Part shown: one piece after another, positions 40,260 to 49,950 of the stretch
Layout of the letters: each line of letters begins with the position of its first letter
Numbering within the stretch: position 1 is the first letter of the stretch
Assembly (NCBI GenBank): GCA_958296135.2
Contig: CATQHZ020000001.1
Span: 320,001-384,000 of the forward strand
Source: an uncultured Poribacteria bacterium
GTDB taxonomy: Bacteria; Poribacteria; WGA-4E; WGA-3G
Direction of reading: 5' to 3'
Length of the DNA stretch: 64,000 bases
Position numbers and translations under genes: made by a program
The notes under the pieces: model-generated
The model's database searches: none
Seen by the model: only the letters and a program-made list of their open reading frames with translations
Told to the model about the DNA's origin: nothing

Positions 40260-41996
40260 ATGAAAAATTCGGACGCTGCTCCAAAACATAACACCGAAAA
40301 CGGGGACAAACCGGCCGCCAAAGCCAATCTCGACTTCATCCGCCAAGAAGTTGAGAAGGACCTGGGGGCAAACGCCTATGGTGGGAAGGTGCATACCCGA
40401 TTCCCGCCGGAACCGAGCGGCTACCTCCACATCGGGCACGCCAAAGCCATCTGTATTAACTTCCTGATCGCCGAAGACTACGGCGGACTTTACAACCTCC
40501 GCTTCGACGACAGCAATCCCATCACGGAAGAACACGAGTATGTGGAGGCGATTAAGCGCGATGTCCGCTGGCTCGGTTTTGACTGGGAAGAACGCGAATA
40601 CTACGCCTCCGATTACTTTGAGACGCTCTATGGCTACGCTATTAAACTCATCGAAAAGGGAAAGGCGTATGTCTGCGATTTGACACCCGACGAGATGCGC
40701 GGCTATCGCGGCACCCTGGTCAAACCCGGTAAAGAGAGTCCCCACCGAAACCGTTCTGTTGAGGAGAATCTGGCGTTATTCAGAGGCATGCGCGCCGGAG
40801 AATTTCCAGACGGGGCGCGCACCCTTCGCGCCAAAATTGATATGGCGAGCCCCAATTTCAACATGCGCGACCCGGTGATGTATCGCGTACTCCGCGCGCC
40901 GCATTACCGATACGGCACCCAGTGGTGCATCTATCCCACCTACGATTTCACGCACGGACAATCGGATTCCATCGAGGGCATCACGCATTCGCTATGCGAC
41001 GTGCAATTTGAAGACCATCGTCCCCTTTACGACTGGTTTTTAGAGGCATTGGAGATTTACCAGCCTCGGCAGATAGAATTTGCTCGCCTGAATCTGACGC
41101 ACACGGTATTGGGCAAACGGAAATTGAGGGTGCTTGTGCAGGAGGGGCACGTCAACGGCTGGGATGATCCGCGCCTGCCGACGCTCGCCGGGATGCGCCG
41201 TCGGGGTTATACCCCGGAGGCGATTCGCGATTTCTGCAACCGCATCGGCGTTTCAAAGGCGGACAATCTCATTGAGATGAGTCAGTTGGAGTATTCCATC
41301 AGGAACGATTTGAATCAGCGAGCACCGCGCGTCATGGCAGTGCTGAACCCAGTCAAAGTGGTTATTGACAACTATCCGGAGGGACAGGTAGAATGGCTGG
41401 CGGCTGAAAACAACCCGGAAGATGAGCACGCTGGCACGCGGCAAATCCCGTTTTCGCGCGAACTTTACATTGAACGCGAAGATTTTATGGAAGACCCGCC
41501 TCGGAAATTCTTCCGATTGGCCCCCGGACGCGAGGTGCGCCTCAAGCATGCCTACTACCTCACATGCGAAAGCATCGTGAAAGACCCGGGCACCGGCGAC
41601 ATCGTTGAAATCCACTGCACTTATGACCCGGGCACACGAGGCGGCTGGTCTGCCGATGGCCGCAGGGTGCGCGGCACCTTGCACTGGGTATCCGCCGTGC
41701 ACGCTGTTGATGCCGAAACGCGCCTCTATGAGTCACTTTTCACGGAACGTGAACCGGAGAACGCCGCCGACGGCACCAACTGGACGAAATTCATCAATCC
41801 CAACTCCTTGGAAGTTTTAACCGGGTGCAAGGTTGAACCGAGCCTCGTCGGCGTGTCGCACGGAACGCGGTATCAGTTCCTCCGGATAGGCTATTTCTGC
41901 GTAGATCCGGATACAACAGTGGATAAGTTGGTATTCAACCGCACCGTCCCGCTGCGAGATAGCTGGGCGAAAATTCAGCGAGGACAGAAGAAATGA
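40260..41996 (+). CDS. glnS: Glutamine--tRNA ligase
   Basis: [52 protein letters not shown]. Confidence 0.96.
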   Translation: MKNSDAAPKHNTENGDKPAAKANLDFIRQEVEKDLGANAYGGKVHTRFPPEPSGYLHIGHAKAICINFLIAEDYGGLYNLRFDDSNPITEEHEYVEAIKRDVRWLGFDWEEREYYASDYFETLYGYAIKLIEKGKAYVCDLTPDEMRGYRGTLVKPGKESPHRNRSVEENLALFRGMRAGEFPDGARTLRAKIDMASPNFNMRDPVMYRVLRAPHYRYGTQWCIYPTYDFTHGQSDSIEGITHSLCDVQFEDHRPLYDWFLEALEIYQPRQIEFARLNLTHTVLGKRKLRVLVQEGHVNGWDDPRLPTLAGMRRRGYTPEAIRDFCNRIGVSKADNLIEMSQLEYSIRNDLNQRAPRVMAVLNPVKVVIDNYPEGQVEWLAAENNPEDEHAGTRQIPFSRELYIEREDFMEDPPRKFFRLAPGREVRLKHAYYLTCESIVKDPGTGDIVEIHCTYDPGTRGGWSADGRRVRGTLHWVSAVHAVDAETRLYESLFTEREPENAADGTNWTKFINPNSLEVLTGCKVEPSLVGVSHGTRYQFLRIGYFCVDPDTTVDKLVFNRTVPLRDSWAKIQRGQKK

Positions 41997-43552
41997 ACCC
42001 ACACTCAGTAGGAGAGCCCTCCCGGTCTCGACAGCAGAACACAGTAGGAGAGCCCTCCCGGTCTCGACATCAGAACCCAGTAGGAGAGACCTCCCGGTCT
42101 CGACAGCAGATCAGAGTCCGGATGGCCCCTTCACCGACCGGATTCTTACACATCGGCAGCGCGCGTACCGCGTTATTCAATTGGTTATTTGCCCGACATC
42201 ACAGCGGGACGTTCATCCTCCGCATCGACGACACCGATGCCGCCCGCTCCACCGATGAATCGATGCGCGAGATTTACGATTCACTGCGGTGGCTAGGGCT
42301 CGATTGGGACGAAGGCGGCGAGAAAGGCGGCCCGCACGCACCTTATGTCCAATCGGAACGGCGAGACATTTATGAAACGCACGTTCAGCGGTTGCTAGAG
42401 AGTGGCCACGCCTACCCCTGCTACTGCACACAGGAAGAGTTGGATGCGATTCGCGCGCACTCCCGTGCCGAGAAGCAAAATCGCGCCTACGATGGGCGGT
42501 GCCGACATCTCACATCGGTAGACAAGGAACATCTCGCCGCCAAAGGCAGAAAACCGACGGTGCGTATCAAAATGCCGGACGAACCAATCCGTGTAGTGGA
42601 CATCGTCCTCGGCACGCGAGACATCGACCCGGGCACGCTGGAAGACGAGGTAATCGTCCGTTCAAACGGCATGCCGAGTTACAATCTAACGTCGATTATC
42701 GACGACGCGGAGATGCAGATAACGCACGTGATTCGGGGAACGGAGCATCTCAACAACACGCCGAAGCAGATTGCCATCGCGAACGCGCTCGGTTTAAATG
42801 TGCCGCAGTTCGCGCATATCCCGCTGGTTTTGGATAATACCGGGAGGAAACTGAGCAAACGGCACCACGGAGAGCTCGTCGCTGTCAGTCGGTATCGCGA
42901 GGAGGGGTATCTCCCCGAGGCGATGCTGAACTTCGTCGCGCGACTCGGCTGGTCCTTCGATGACAAACAGGAGATTTTCTCGGTTGAGGAACTCATCGAA
43001 AAGTTTGATTTGGCCCGGGTCGGCAAGAGCGGCAGTGTTTTTGACATTAAGAAACTGGATTGGCTCAACACGCACTACATCGGCGAGTTGGATATTTCGG
43101 CGCGCACGGATGTTGTCATGCCGTTCTGGGAGAAGGCAGGGTTTGATGTGGCAGCCGAACCGCGCGAACGGTTGGAAAGCATTGTTACCGCAGTCGGTGA
43201 ACGCCTCACAAAATTGCAGGACATTATTCCGCAGACCGGCTATTTCTTCACCGCTCCGTCTGAATACGAACCGAAAGCTGTCAAGAAGTGGTGGAAGAAG
43301 GACGCGCTGGACATCTTGACAGCCCTCGGTGCCGTTTTGGCAGCGGTAGAACCGTTTGAGCTGGAAACAGTCGAGTCGGTAATCTGGCAATACACGGAGG
43401 AGCATAACATCAAGCGCGTTGTTGCGATGCAGACACTGCGGATTGCGCTGACAGGCACATCGTTCGGGCCGAGTCTGTTTGACATTCTCGTCTTGCTTGG
43501 GAGAGATGAAGTGCTCACTCGAATTCAGAAGGCGATTCAGTTTCTTCAATAA
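41993..43552 (+). CDS. gltX: Glutamate--tRNA ligase with N-terminal REP-derived 12-aa x3 repeat
   Basis: [21 protein letters not shown] zinc motif, KLSKR; ATGA overlap with glnS. Confidence 0.95.
   Translation: MNPHSVGEPSRSRQQNTVGEPSRSRHQNPVGETSRSRQQIRVRMAPSPTGFLHIGSARTALFNWLFARHHSGTFILRIDDTDAARSTDESMREIYDSLRWLGLDWDEGGEKGGPHAPYVQSERRDIYETHVQRLLESGHAYPCYCTQEELDAIRAHSRAEKQNRAYDGRCRHLTSVDKEHLAAKGRKPTVRIKMPDEPIRVVDIVLGTRDIDPGTLEDEVIVRSNGMPSYNLTSIIDDAEMQITHVIRGTEHLNNTPKQIAIANALGLNVPQFAHIPLVLDNTGRKLSKRHHGELVAVSRYREEGYLPEAMLNFVARLGWSFDDKQEIFSVEELIEKFDLARVGKSGSVFDIKKLDWLNTHYIGELDISARTDVVMPFWEKAGFDVAAEPRERLESIVTAVGERLTKLQDIIPQTGYFFTAPSEYEPKAVKKWWKKDALDILTALGAVLAAVEPFELETVESVIWQYTEEHNIKRVVAMQTLRIALTGTSFGPSLFDILVLLGRDEVLTRIQKAIQFLQ
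42006..42109 (+). repeat. Three tandem 36-bp REP family D units inside gltX
   Basis: CAGTAGGAGAG(C/A)CCTCCCGGTCTCGACA at 42006, 42042, 42078. Confidence 0.9.
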
Positions 43553-43610
43553 ACTATCTACCTCATTAACCGTAGGGCGAGGGCCAGGGGAAATCGAAAG
43601 GAGAACACTC

Positions 43611-44894
43611 ATGAAAAGAAAACTCGCTATCCACGGCGGACCGCGGACTGTTGCCGATGGGTTCATCAAACCGTGGCCGCACGTCACCGATGCCGATAGA
43701 GCCGCTATCGCCGAGGTGCTAGCCTCCGAAAAGATTACCGAACAGCAACGGATTCAATCCGAAGGGCTGGCGCGGGAGTGGGCAGAATACATGGGCGTTC
43801 GGTATTGCATTCCTGTCAACAGCGGTACCGCTGCACTGCATCTGTGCGTCGCCGGTGTCGGCATTGAACCGGGTGACGAGGTGATTATCCCGGCGTTCAC
43901 CTTTTGGGCGACAGCGGCGGCTGTCCTTCATCACAACGCTATTCCGGTTTTTGTTGACATCGATGCGATTACCTATTGCCTTGACCCGAGCCAGATCGAA
44001 GCGAAAATCACGGAGCGGACGCGCGCGATTCTGCCTGTCCATATTCACGGCATGCCCGCCGATATGGACGCAATTCTGACGATTGCCAAAAAGCACAATC
44101 TGAAGGTAATTGAGGACGTTGCGCAGGCGCACGGTGCGCGGTATAAAGGCACATATTGCGGCGCGTTTGGCGAAGCGGCCGGATACAGCACGCAGGCATC
44201 CAAAACGTTGAGTAGCGGATGCCAAGGCGGCTTGTTCACCACCGACGATGAGCAGATTTACCGGCGCGCGGCGTTGTTGCAGTATTTCGGCGAAATCGTC
44301 GTGCCCGGGCGCGAACGTGAGGAGCAGGAATACAACGCCTACGGACTCGGCTGGATGTATCGCGGCGATATGTTCAGTCAGGCGTTCATCCGCAGCCAAC
44401 TCAAGCGACTAGATGAAAACAACGCGATGCGCATCAGGAATTGCGACTATCTGACAGAACACCTGAACGAGATTGACGGTATTGAGACGCCGGCCGTCCC
44501 AGAAGGGTGTGAACCTGTCTACTACAACTACGTCATCGGCTTCGATCCGGCGGCGTTAGGGTTAAACATTTCGGCACGAACTTTGCGCGAGAAGGTGCAG
44601 GCCGCATTGCGCGATGAAGGTGTGCCGACAGGACAGTGGCAACGGCTGCCGGTACCCTCACAAGAGATTTTTCAAAACCAGACCGGCTATGGCAAAGGGT
44701 GCCCGTGGCGATGCAACCAGTCGAACGTGGCATATAAAACGGAGGATTACCCGAAAGCCGTAGAATTTATCGATTCGCACTGCTACCTCTTTGATGTCAA
44801 TCCACCGAATGGACTTGAATTGATGCGGCTGTATGTTGAAGCGGTCCGCAAAGTGATGGAGCAAATTGATGCGGTGCTTGCGGTACAAAATTAA
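43611..44894 (+). CDS. DegT/DnrJ/EryC1/StrS PLP-dependent aminotransferase
   Basis: NSGTAALH, PVHIHG, IEDVAQAHGA, STQASKTL. Confidence 0.92.
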   Translation: MKRKLAIHGGPRTVADGFIKPWPHVTDADRAAIAEVLASEKITEQQRIQSEGLAREWAEYMGVRYCIPVNSGTAALHLCVAGVGIEPGDEVIIPAFTFWATAAAVLHHNAIPVFVDIDAITYCLDPSQIEAKITERTRAILPVHIHGMPADMDAILTIAKKHNLKVIEDVAQAHGARYKGTYCGAFGEAAGYSTQASKTLSSGCQGGLFTTDDEQIYRRAALLQYFGEIVVPGREREEQEYNAYGLGWMYRGDMFSQAFIRSQLKRLDENNAMRIRNCDYLTEHLNEIDGIETPAVPEGCEPVYYNYVIGFDPAALGLNISARTLREKVQAALRDEGVPTGQWQRLPVPSQEIFQNQTGYGKGCPWRCNQSNVAYKTEDYPKAVEFIDSHCYLFDVNPPNGLELMRLYVEAVRKVMEQIDAVLAVQN

Positions 44895-45053
44895 TCGTGG
44901 GAGTCGTGCATCGCAGGAAGAGTTCGGCAGGACAACTGCTTATCCTCTGTAGTGCGGGCTCGGGCGAGCCCGAACAGGTCAAAAGCATCGGTTGTGTCTC
45001 CGCGACTTCGGTAATCTCTTCGGCGCGCGAAAGTGCGGTTTGCCGCGTACGAA

Positions 45054-45998
45054 TCATCTCTGCGAATTCCGCTCTGCAAACAGACGCGTTTGCGCCGAAT
45101 ACTCCTCAATCCTCTCGTTGGCAAGCGCGATATACTTTTCCTCAACGTCATAACCAATAGAGTACCGCCCGGCTTTCAAGGCACTCAAGCAGGTTGTCCC
45201 GCTGCCACAAAACGGATCCAAGACGACATCGCCTTCAAACGTATACAACTGAATCAGGCGGTGCGGCAATTCCTCCGGAAACGGCGCAGGATGCCCGATG
45301 CTTTTCGCCGAGGCCGCGGGAAAAGTCCAGACGCTTTTCGTCCATTCCAAAAAATCTTCTTTGCGGATAGTAGAATTCGCAACATTGCGCTTCCGCGAAA
45401 ACGTATCCTTGGAAAAGACGAGGATGTATTCGTGGATGTCCCGCAGCACCGGATTCGCCGCCGACATCCAACTCCCCCATGCAGTCGAAGAGCCCGCGCT
45501 TGAACCTTTGTTCCAGATGAGCTCCCCGCGCATATAGTAGCCGATTTCCAGCATATCTTCAATGATGTAACTATGCAGCGGGATGTAGGGCTTCCTCCCT
45601 AAATTAGCGATGTTAATGCAGGCTCTGCCGCCTGTCACCAATGTCCGATAAGTCTCCGCGAAGACAGACCTGAGCAGCTCCCTATACTCCGCCAGCGATA
45701 AATCCTCGTCGTATTCCTTTTTCGCGTTGTAGGGCGGCGAGGTTACCATCAGATGGATGCTTCCATCGGGAATTTCGGTCATCTGCGCGCTGGTTTTGCA
45801 ATAGAGGCGGTTTAGCGTTTCGGCTGGGATCGGGTTTTCTATCCACTCGTCAACTTCAGGCAATTTCTGCTCTGCATAAAGTTGGCTATTGTAAAATTCA
45901 CTTGAATCGTGTCCGGCTCTTTTCGGCATGCCGAACGCGCTAGTCTGGGTCCCGCGCTTTTTTGGTTTTGGATTGGGTTCATTCATGTTTTTCCGCAT
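45054..45998 (-). CDS. Orphan site-specific amino DNA methyltransferase (beta class)
   Basis: VTSPPYN then HPAPFP and VLDPFCGSGTT. Confidence 0.92.
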   Translation of the reverse strand: MRKNMNEPNPKPKKRGTQTSAFGMPKRAGHDSSEFYNSQLYAEQKLPEVDEWIENPIPAETLNRLYCKTSAQMTEIPDGSIHLMVTSPPYNAKKEYDEDLSLAEYRELLRSVFAETYRTLVTGGRACINIANLGRKPYIPLHSYIIEDMLEIGYYMRGELIWNKGSSAGSSTAWGSWMSAANPVLRDIHEYILVFSKDTFSRKRNVANSTIRKEDFLEWTKSVWTFPAASAKSIGHPAPFPEELPHRLIQLYTFEGDVVLDPFCGSGTTCLSALKAGRYSIGYDVEEKYIALANERIEEYSAQTRLFAERNSQR

Positions 45999-46089
45999 TC
46001 ATCTCATTGAGCCATGATGCGATAACGCCCTTGGAACGTAGGACGGGGCTGTCCTCCGCCATGCTGTGGTTTGCTCATGCATCAACATT

Positions 46090-46311
46090 GCGAGGGACAG
46101 TGGACATCTCTGCAGCGAGGCGGCAGAGATGACAAAGTTAAAGTAAGTAAGGTAGCGTGTTTACGCGGGGCGACACACGCACATTTTCTGTAGACGTGAC
46201 CGTGTTTACGCGGGGCGACACACGCACATTTTCTGTAGACGTGACCGTGTTTACGCGGGGCGACACACGCACATTTTCTGTAGGCGTGACCGTGACGGCC
46301 CTCGCGCTACG
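46090..46311 (-). repeat. Cargo-1 REP A interrupted by three tandem 45-bp units (46156-46290)
   Basis: Flanks GCGAGGGACAGTGGACATCTCTGCAGCGAGG and GGCCCTCGCGCTAC; unit CGTGTTTACGCGGGGCGACACACGCACATTTTCTGTAG(A/G)CGTGAC. Confidence 0.9.
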
Positions 46312-46337
46312 GGAGGGAGAAGGTTATCACGATTGTA

Positions 46338-47306
46338 TTACCTATCTACCAGCCAAAGCTCTCCTTCGCTAACATTGGCGAGTTGCTTCAGCATTACTGC
46401 CCCCGGGAAATTTGGTGCCATCCCGATGCCCATGGCGAAAATCCGGCCGTTGCCGGCAGCGTGTCGCCCAACTAACGCCAAATCTGGGCTCTCAAGCGTC
46501 GTCGGAATGCCGTCGCTAAAAAGGACAACGATCGTTGGCACAGTCTCGGCTATCGCTGTCAACGCCGTTAACATGTCCTGATCGGTGCCTTTTGAGCGCA
46601 TTTGTGCTTGGATGTCCGCCAGATATGCCGCTCCCGCGCTCACCGTATCCTCTGTCACAGGGATAAAGCCGTCCTGATAAACGACGAGTTCCGCGCTAAA
46701 CGCCATGATATTAAAACTATCGTGCGCCTCAAGGAAAGTCAGCGAGTCACGCAGGAGGTTAACAATCTTCCGCAGTTTCGCCTCCGGAAGGTTCTGCATG
46801 CTGGTAGAGAGATCGATGCAGTAGACGATGCGTTGCGCACCCTCCTGTGCCTCAATGAATTTCACCAGTCGGCTTTTGGGGCGCGTCTCTGTCTTCGGTT
46901 TCTTGACAAAGGGACGTTCGATGCTCTTCTGCACACGCGGCGCGTTCCCAAATTCAACGGTAGTCGTCGCCGGTCCGACGGCATCGCCGATGTTGAGCTC
47001 CCCGAACGGCTGGAACGGTGCCGGTTCTGCGGCGGAGACCACGCCTCGGTTGCTAGGCGGCGCGTTACTCGTGAGGATTTTTAGGCGCGGCTGACTCACG
47101 TCCCGCGTCTTTTGATGCCGGACTTGGGTGCGTTTCGGTGGCGTGACGCGGCGCACCTTCGGCTTCTCTTCCGAGATAAGTATCGCGTTGATGCTAGCGA
47201 CTTCGCGCGTCGGGTTGGTGCTGAACCAGAAGAGGACTCCGATAACGCCGACGATGGCGTGCAACGCTACTGAGATGAGTAAGGATTTGCTGGATTTTGA
47301 TTTCAT
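46338..47306 (-). CDS. Membrane-anchored VWA-domain protein
   Basis: N-terminal SxxxH TM helix, Pro/Lys linker, MIDAS DLSTS, FSDG. Confidence 0.85.
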   Translation of the reverse strand: MKSKSSKSLLISVALHAIVGVIGVLFWFSTNPTREVASINAILISEEKPKVRRVTPPKRTQVRHQKTRDVSQPRLKILTSNAPPSNRGVVSAAEPAPFQPFGELNIGDAVGPATTTVEFGNAPRVQKSIERPFVKKPKTETRPKSRLVKFIEAQEGAQRIVYCIDLSTSMQNLPEAKLRKIVNLLRDSLTFLEAHDSFNIMAFSAELVVYQDGFIPVTEDTVSAGAAYLADIQAQMRSKGTDQDMLTALTAIAETVPTIVVLFSDGIPTTLESPDLALVGRHAAGNGRIFAMGIGMAPNFPGAVMLKQLANVSEGELWLVDR

Positions 47307-47369
47307 TGTTAAGAACCCTATTAACAGACTGATACCAAACGGCGTTAAATTGCCAGTGAGTTTGGTATT

Positions 47370-47861
47370 TCACAATGCGTGCAACATTTTCTCTGCAATA
47401 GCATCGACAACCGAAATCGCCACACTATTACCTGCCAGCTTTCTCGATTGCATCAAGCCTCCCACGATTTGGAGCTCCTCAGAGAAACCCTGCAAACGCA
47501 ACACTTCCCTGCCCGAGGGCCGCCGAATCCCGTTTACCAAAAGAGAGTTGTAGGATGCCCCCGCCCTTAACGCACACGAAAAAGGACGCACCGAAATGTT
47601 GCCGCCCTTGTTCTCATGTCAAATTGAGGGATAGAACGGCTCGACCTTAGACTATGCCGACAGGTGTTCCTGTATCACGGCGAATGTTTTTCCCTTGTCG
47701 TGAGAGCGCAGTTGCTTCACGTTGTCAAGGAGGAAAGCGGGAGAGTGCTTTTGCTTCAAGATGCGCGCGATGTCAAAAAATAGCGTGCCGCGTGTATCTT
47801 CAAACCCTTGCTTATCGCCGAGAATGCTGACGAAGATGTCGATGAAGGTGAAGCCGTTCAT
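47370..47861 (-). pseudogene. dcm: Degraded C5-cytosine DNA methyltransferase
   Basis: FTFIDIF joined directly to GFEDTRGTLFF; DNV for ENV; REVLRLQGF and GNSV; PCQ motif missing; two in-frame stops. Confidence 0.85.
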
Positions 47862-47876
47862 TAATTCTCCGTTATC

Positions 47877-48386
47877 TTAATAGTTTGTTACAGGAATTCC
47901 CATCTTTGCGAGAACCTGCTTAAACCTCTTGCGTCTCCATTCTGAGGGCGCGGGATCGTGGAGGGCAGTCTGAACTGTCAAGACCGTTAAGACCTCTTGC
48001 GTATCGCGCTTTGTGATTTTAACTTGGTTTGAGGTTGCGTAAGTTTGCACAATATAGTCAGCGTCAATTTCATCAAACGCGAAAAACCTCTCGGTTAATT
48101 TCATGCGAGCTGCTTGGTTGCCCTCGACTCCCTCAGTTACTTGCTCTGTTGTAACCTCTTTCGTTGAGGGCCGCGTAACCACTTTGACACCTGCACCAAG
48201 GATGGCTCGCTCTATTTCGTTTGCAAAAGTCACCTCGGTCAGATAGTCATTTGCTGGAATGACAACGAAGGATGGCGATGGCGGCACATCGCGAAGGACG
48301 ACAAATCGTGTTTGAGCACAGCCGGTTATGCTCAAGACTAGCCCGAGCAATGCCATGAACAAGAGTTTATTTTGATTAAAGGACAT
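47877..48386 (-). CDS. Hypothetical lipoprotein
   Basis: Lipobox ITGC; AAAGGG RBS. Confidence 0.7.
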   Translation of the reverse strand: MSFNQNKLLFMALLGLVLSITGCAQTRFVVLRDVPPSPSFVVIPANDYLTEVTFANEIERAILGAGVKVVTRPSTKEVTTEQVTEGVEGNQAARMKLTERFFAFDEIDADYIVQTYATSNQVKITKRDTQEVLTVLTVQTALHDPAPSEWRRKRFKQVLAKMGIPVTNY

Positions 48387-48637
48387 TTGATTCCCTTTCT
48401 CGCGCGTAGTTATGGAGACATCGTGACATTTTAATGCTCGGCAACGCGTTCCAAACTACGCGATTTGTTCATCCGCTTGATCCTAACGCGCTTTCATCTA
48501 TTCGACTTGTTGTACCAAAAGACGGTGGGCGAGAGGTAACTTGGTTTTCAAGAGTTTGGAAAAACTTGTGGATGAGTTCCCCTTTACTAGGTTAATGAAA
48601 TTTTACCCTAATTTGGGAAAAATTTCAAGAATAAAAT

Positions 48638-48666
48638 TTGACATTTCCACACATTTTGTGTATAAT
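48638..48666 (+). promoter_or_regulatory. Consensus sigma70 promoter
   Basis: TTGACA-17-TATAAT. Confidence 0.8.
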
Positions 48667-48712
48667 TAATGTTATCTATACTACTTCACATGAGGTGAAA
48701 GGAATCTCTCCT

Positions 48713-49333
48713 ATGAAAAAGCATTGGTCGAAACCCTTTATCCTATCTTCTGGAAAGCCTCGTGGCGTTCAACCTAAATTCAGAGAAGTTGAACTCACCA
48801 GGAAAGGATTTGACAAATTGTGCTACATGGGGCCATGCCCATGGTGGAGAAAAACAGACCCTGAAGACAAATTTCTGATGGATTTGTGCTACTCTCCGAT
48901 AAAAGAGGTCGCCGAAAAAGTAATTGAGGCATCAAAAGTTAACCGTCAGCACGTCCCATGTCCTCACAAGGTTTTCACGAACCTGCCAATGCGAGCTAGC
49001 ACGGATCGCGAGGATGGGAGGAAAGAAGAACATCCTTGGTTCAGTCGACATGCCAAATTGTGCTCTGGGTTCAATAGAGAACTCATGGGGCACATTTGGA
49101 TTCGTAATTTATCAGAGGCAATCCCTGCTGAGAACAAAGAAGAGTGTTCCTTCTACTTGGAAGATGGCAATCACAGAGCACTCGTTTACGCGGTGCTGAT
49201 TGCCTTGGGGAAAGAAGTTTACCAACCTGTTAAAGCGTTACACGCAACAACATGGGATTTTGATATTCTCAGTCACCCCACTGAGCGTCAACAGAATTTA
49301 GTTGATGATGGCGAGCTGCCTGAAAATGACTAA
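48713..49333 (+). CDS. Hypothetical protein with ParB/Srx-like DGNHR motif
   Basis: FYLEDGNHRALVYA; AAAGGA RBS; AT-richer than flanks. Confidence 0.6.
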   Translation: MKKHWSKPFILSSGKPRGVQPKFREVELTRKGFDKLCYMGPCPWWRKTDPEDKFLMDLCYSPIKEVAEKVIEASKVNRQHVPCPHKVFTNLPMRASTDREDGRKEEHPWFSRHAKLCSGFNRELMGHIWIRNLSEAIPAENKEECSFYLEDGNHRALVYAVLIALGKEVYQPVKALHATTWDFDILSHPTERQQNLVDDGELPEND

Positions 49334-49464
49334 ATTCATTGTACTTGTGCTGAAGTGGCGCGAGATTCGGATCGCGCACAGCAGAGGGAAAAGAAAGTAG
49401 GTGCCGTGCAGGATACACGCCCCACGTCTCTAAAAACTGGTGACTAACCTATCCCGCAACAACC

Positions 49465-49497
49465 ACGGGCGATGGATAACCATCCATCGCCCGTTTT
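49465..49497 (+). terminator. Intrinsic terminator
   Basis: ACGGGCGATGGAT-AACC-ATCCATCGCCCGT-TTT. Confidence 0.7.
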
Positions 49498-49772
49498 CAA
49501 ATTTCAAAGCGAATTGAGTTGATTAGCGTGTGAAGTTGCACCGTTTTCCTAAAGCGAAATTTCTTACGGTAGGAGCGACTTCCCTGTTGCGACATCACGG
49601 CCTTCGCTGTCGGAAGACTGCTTCTACCGGGAAGTCTACTATAGTGCTTGCCCTACAGACGCGGACAATTCAAATGAATTTCGTATAAGATGCCTCAGCG
49701 CGATTCCAATACTCCCAGTAACCCCTAATCTTGGAAATCTTGGAAATCCTGCTAATCCTGATTCAGACAAAT

Positions 49773-49931
49773 GGGATTACCGAAGCATGGCGAGGGACAG
49801 ACACTGCTGCCGCGCTGCGGTGGCTTCGGCGGCGTTCACAGGGATTACCGAAGCATGGCGAGGGACAGTGGACATCTCTGCAGCGAAGCTGCAGAGATGA
49901 CAGCGTTTCGGCGTAACGGCCCTCGCCCTAC
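49773..49931 (-). repeat. Two REP A-derived units sharing a 28-bp flank but with different cargo
   Basis: GGGATTACCGAAGCATGGCGAGGGACAG at 49773 and 49841. Confidence 0.8.
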
Positions 49932-49950
49932 GAAACCCGGGGTTATTCCC

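Noticed and set aside
46157-46372. Repeat protein ORF (VFTRGDTRTFSVDVT x3)
   Set aside because: No RBS, lies inside a REP and overlaps the convergent VWA gene end
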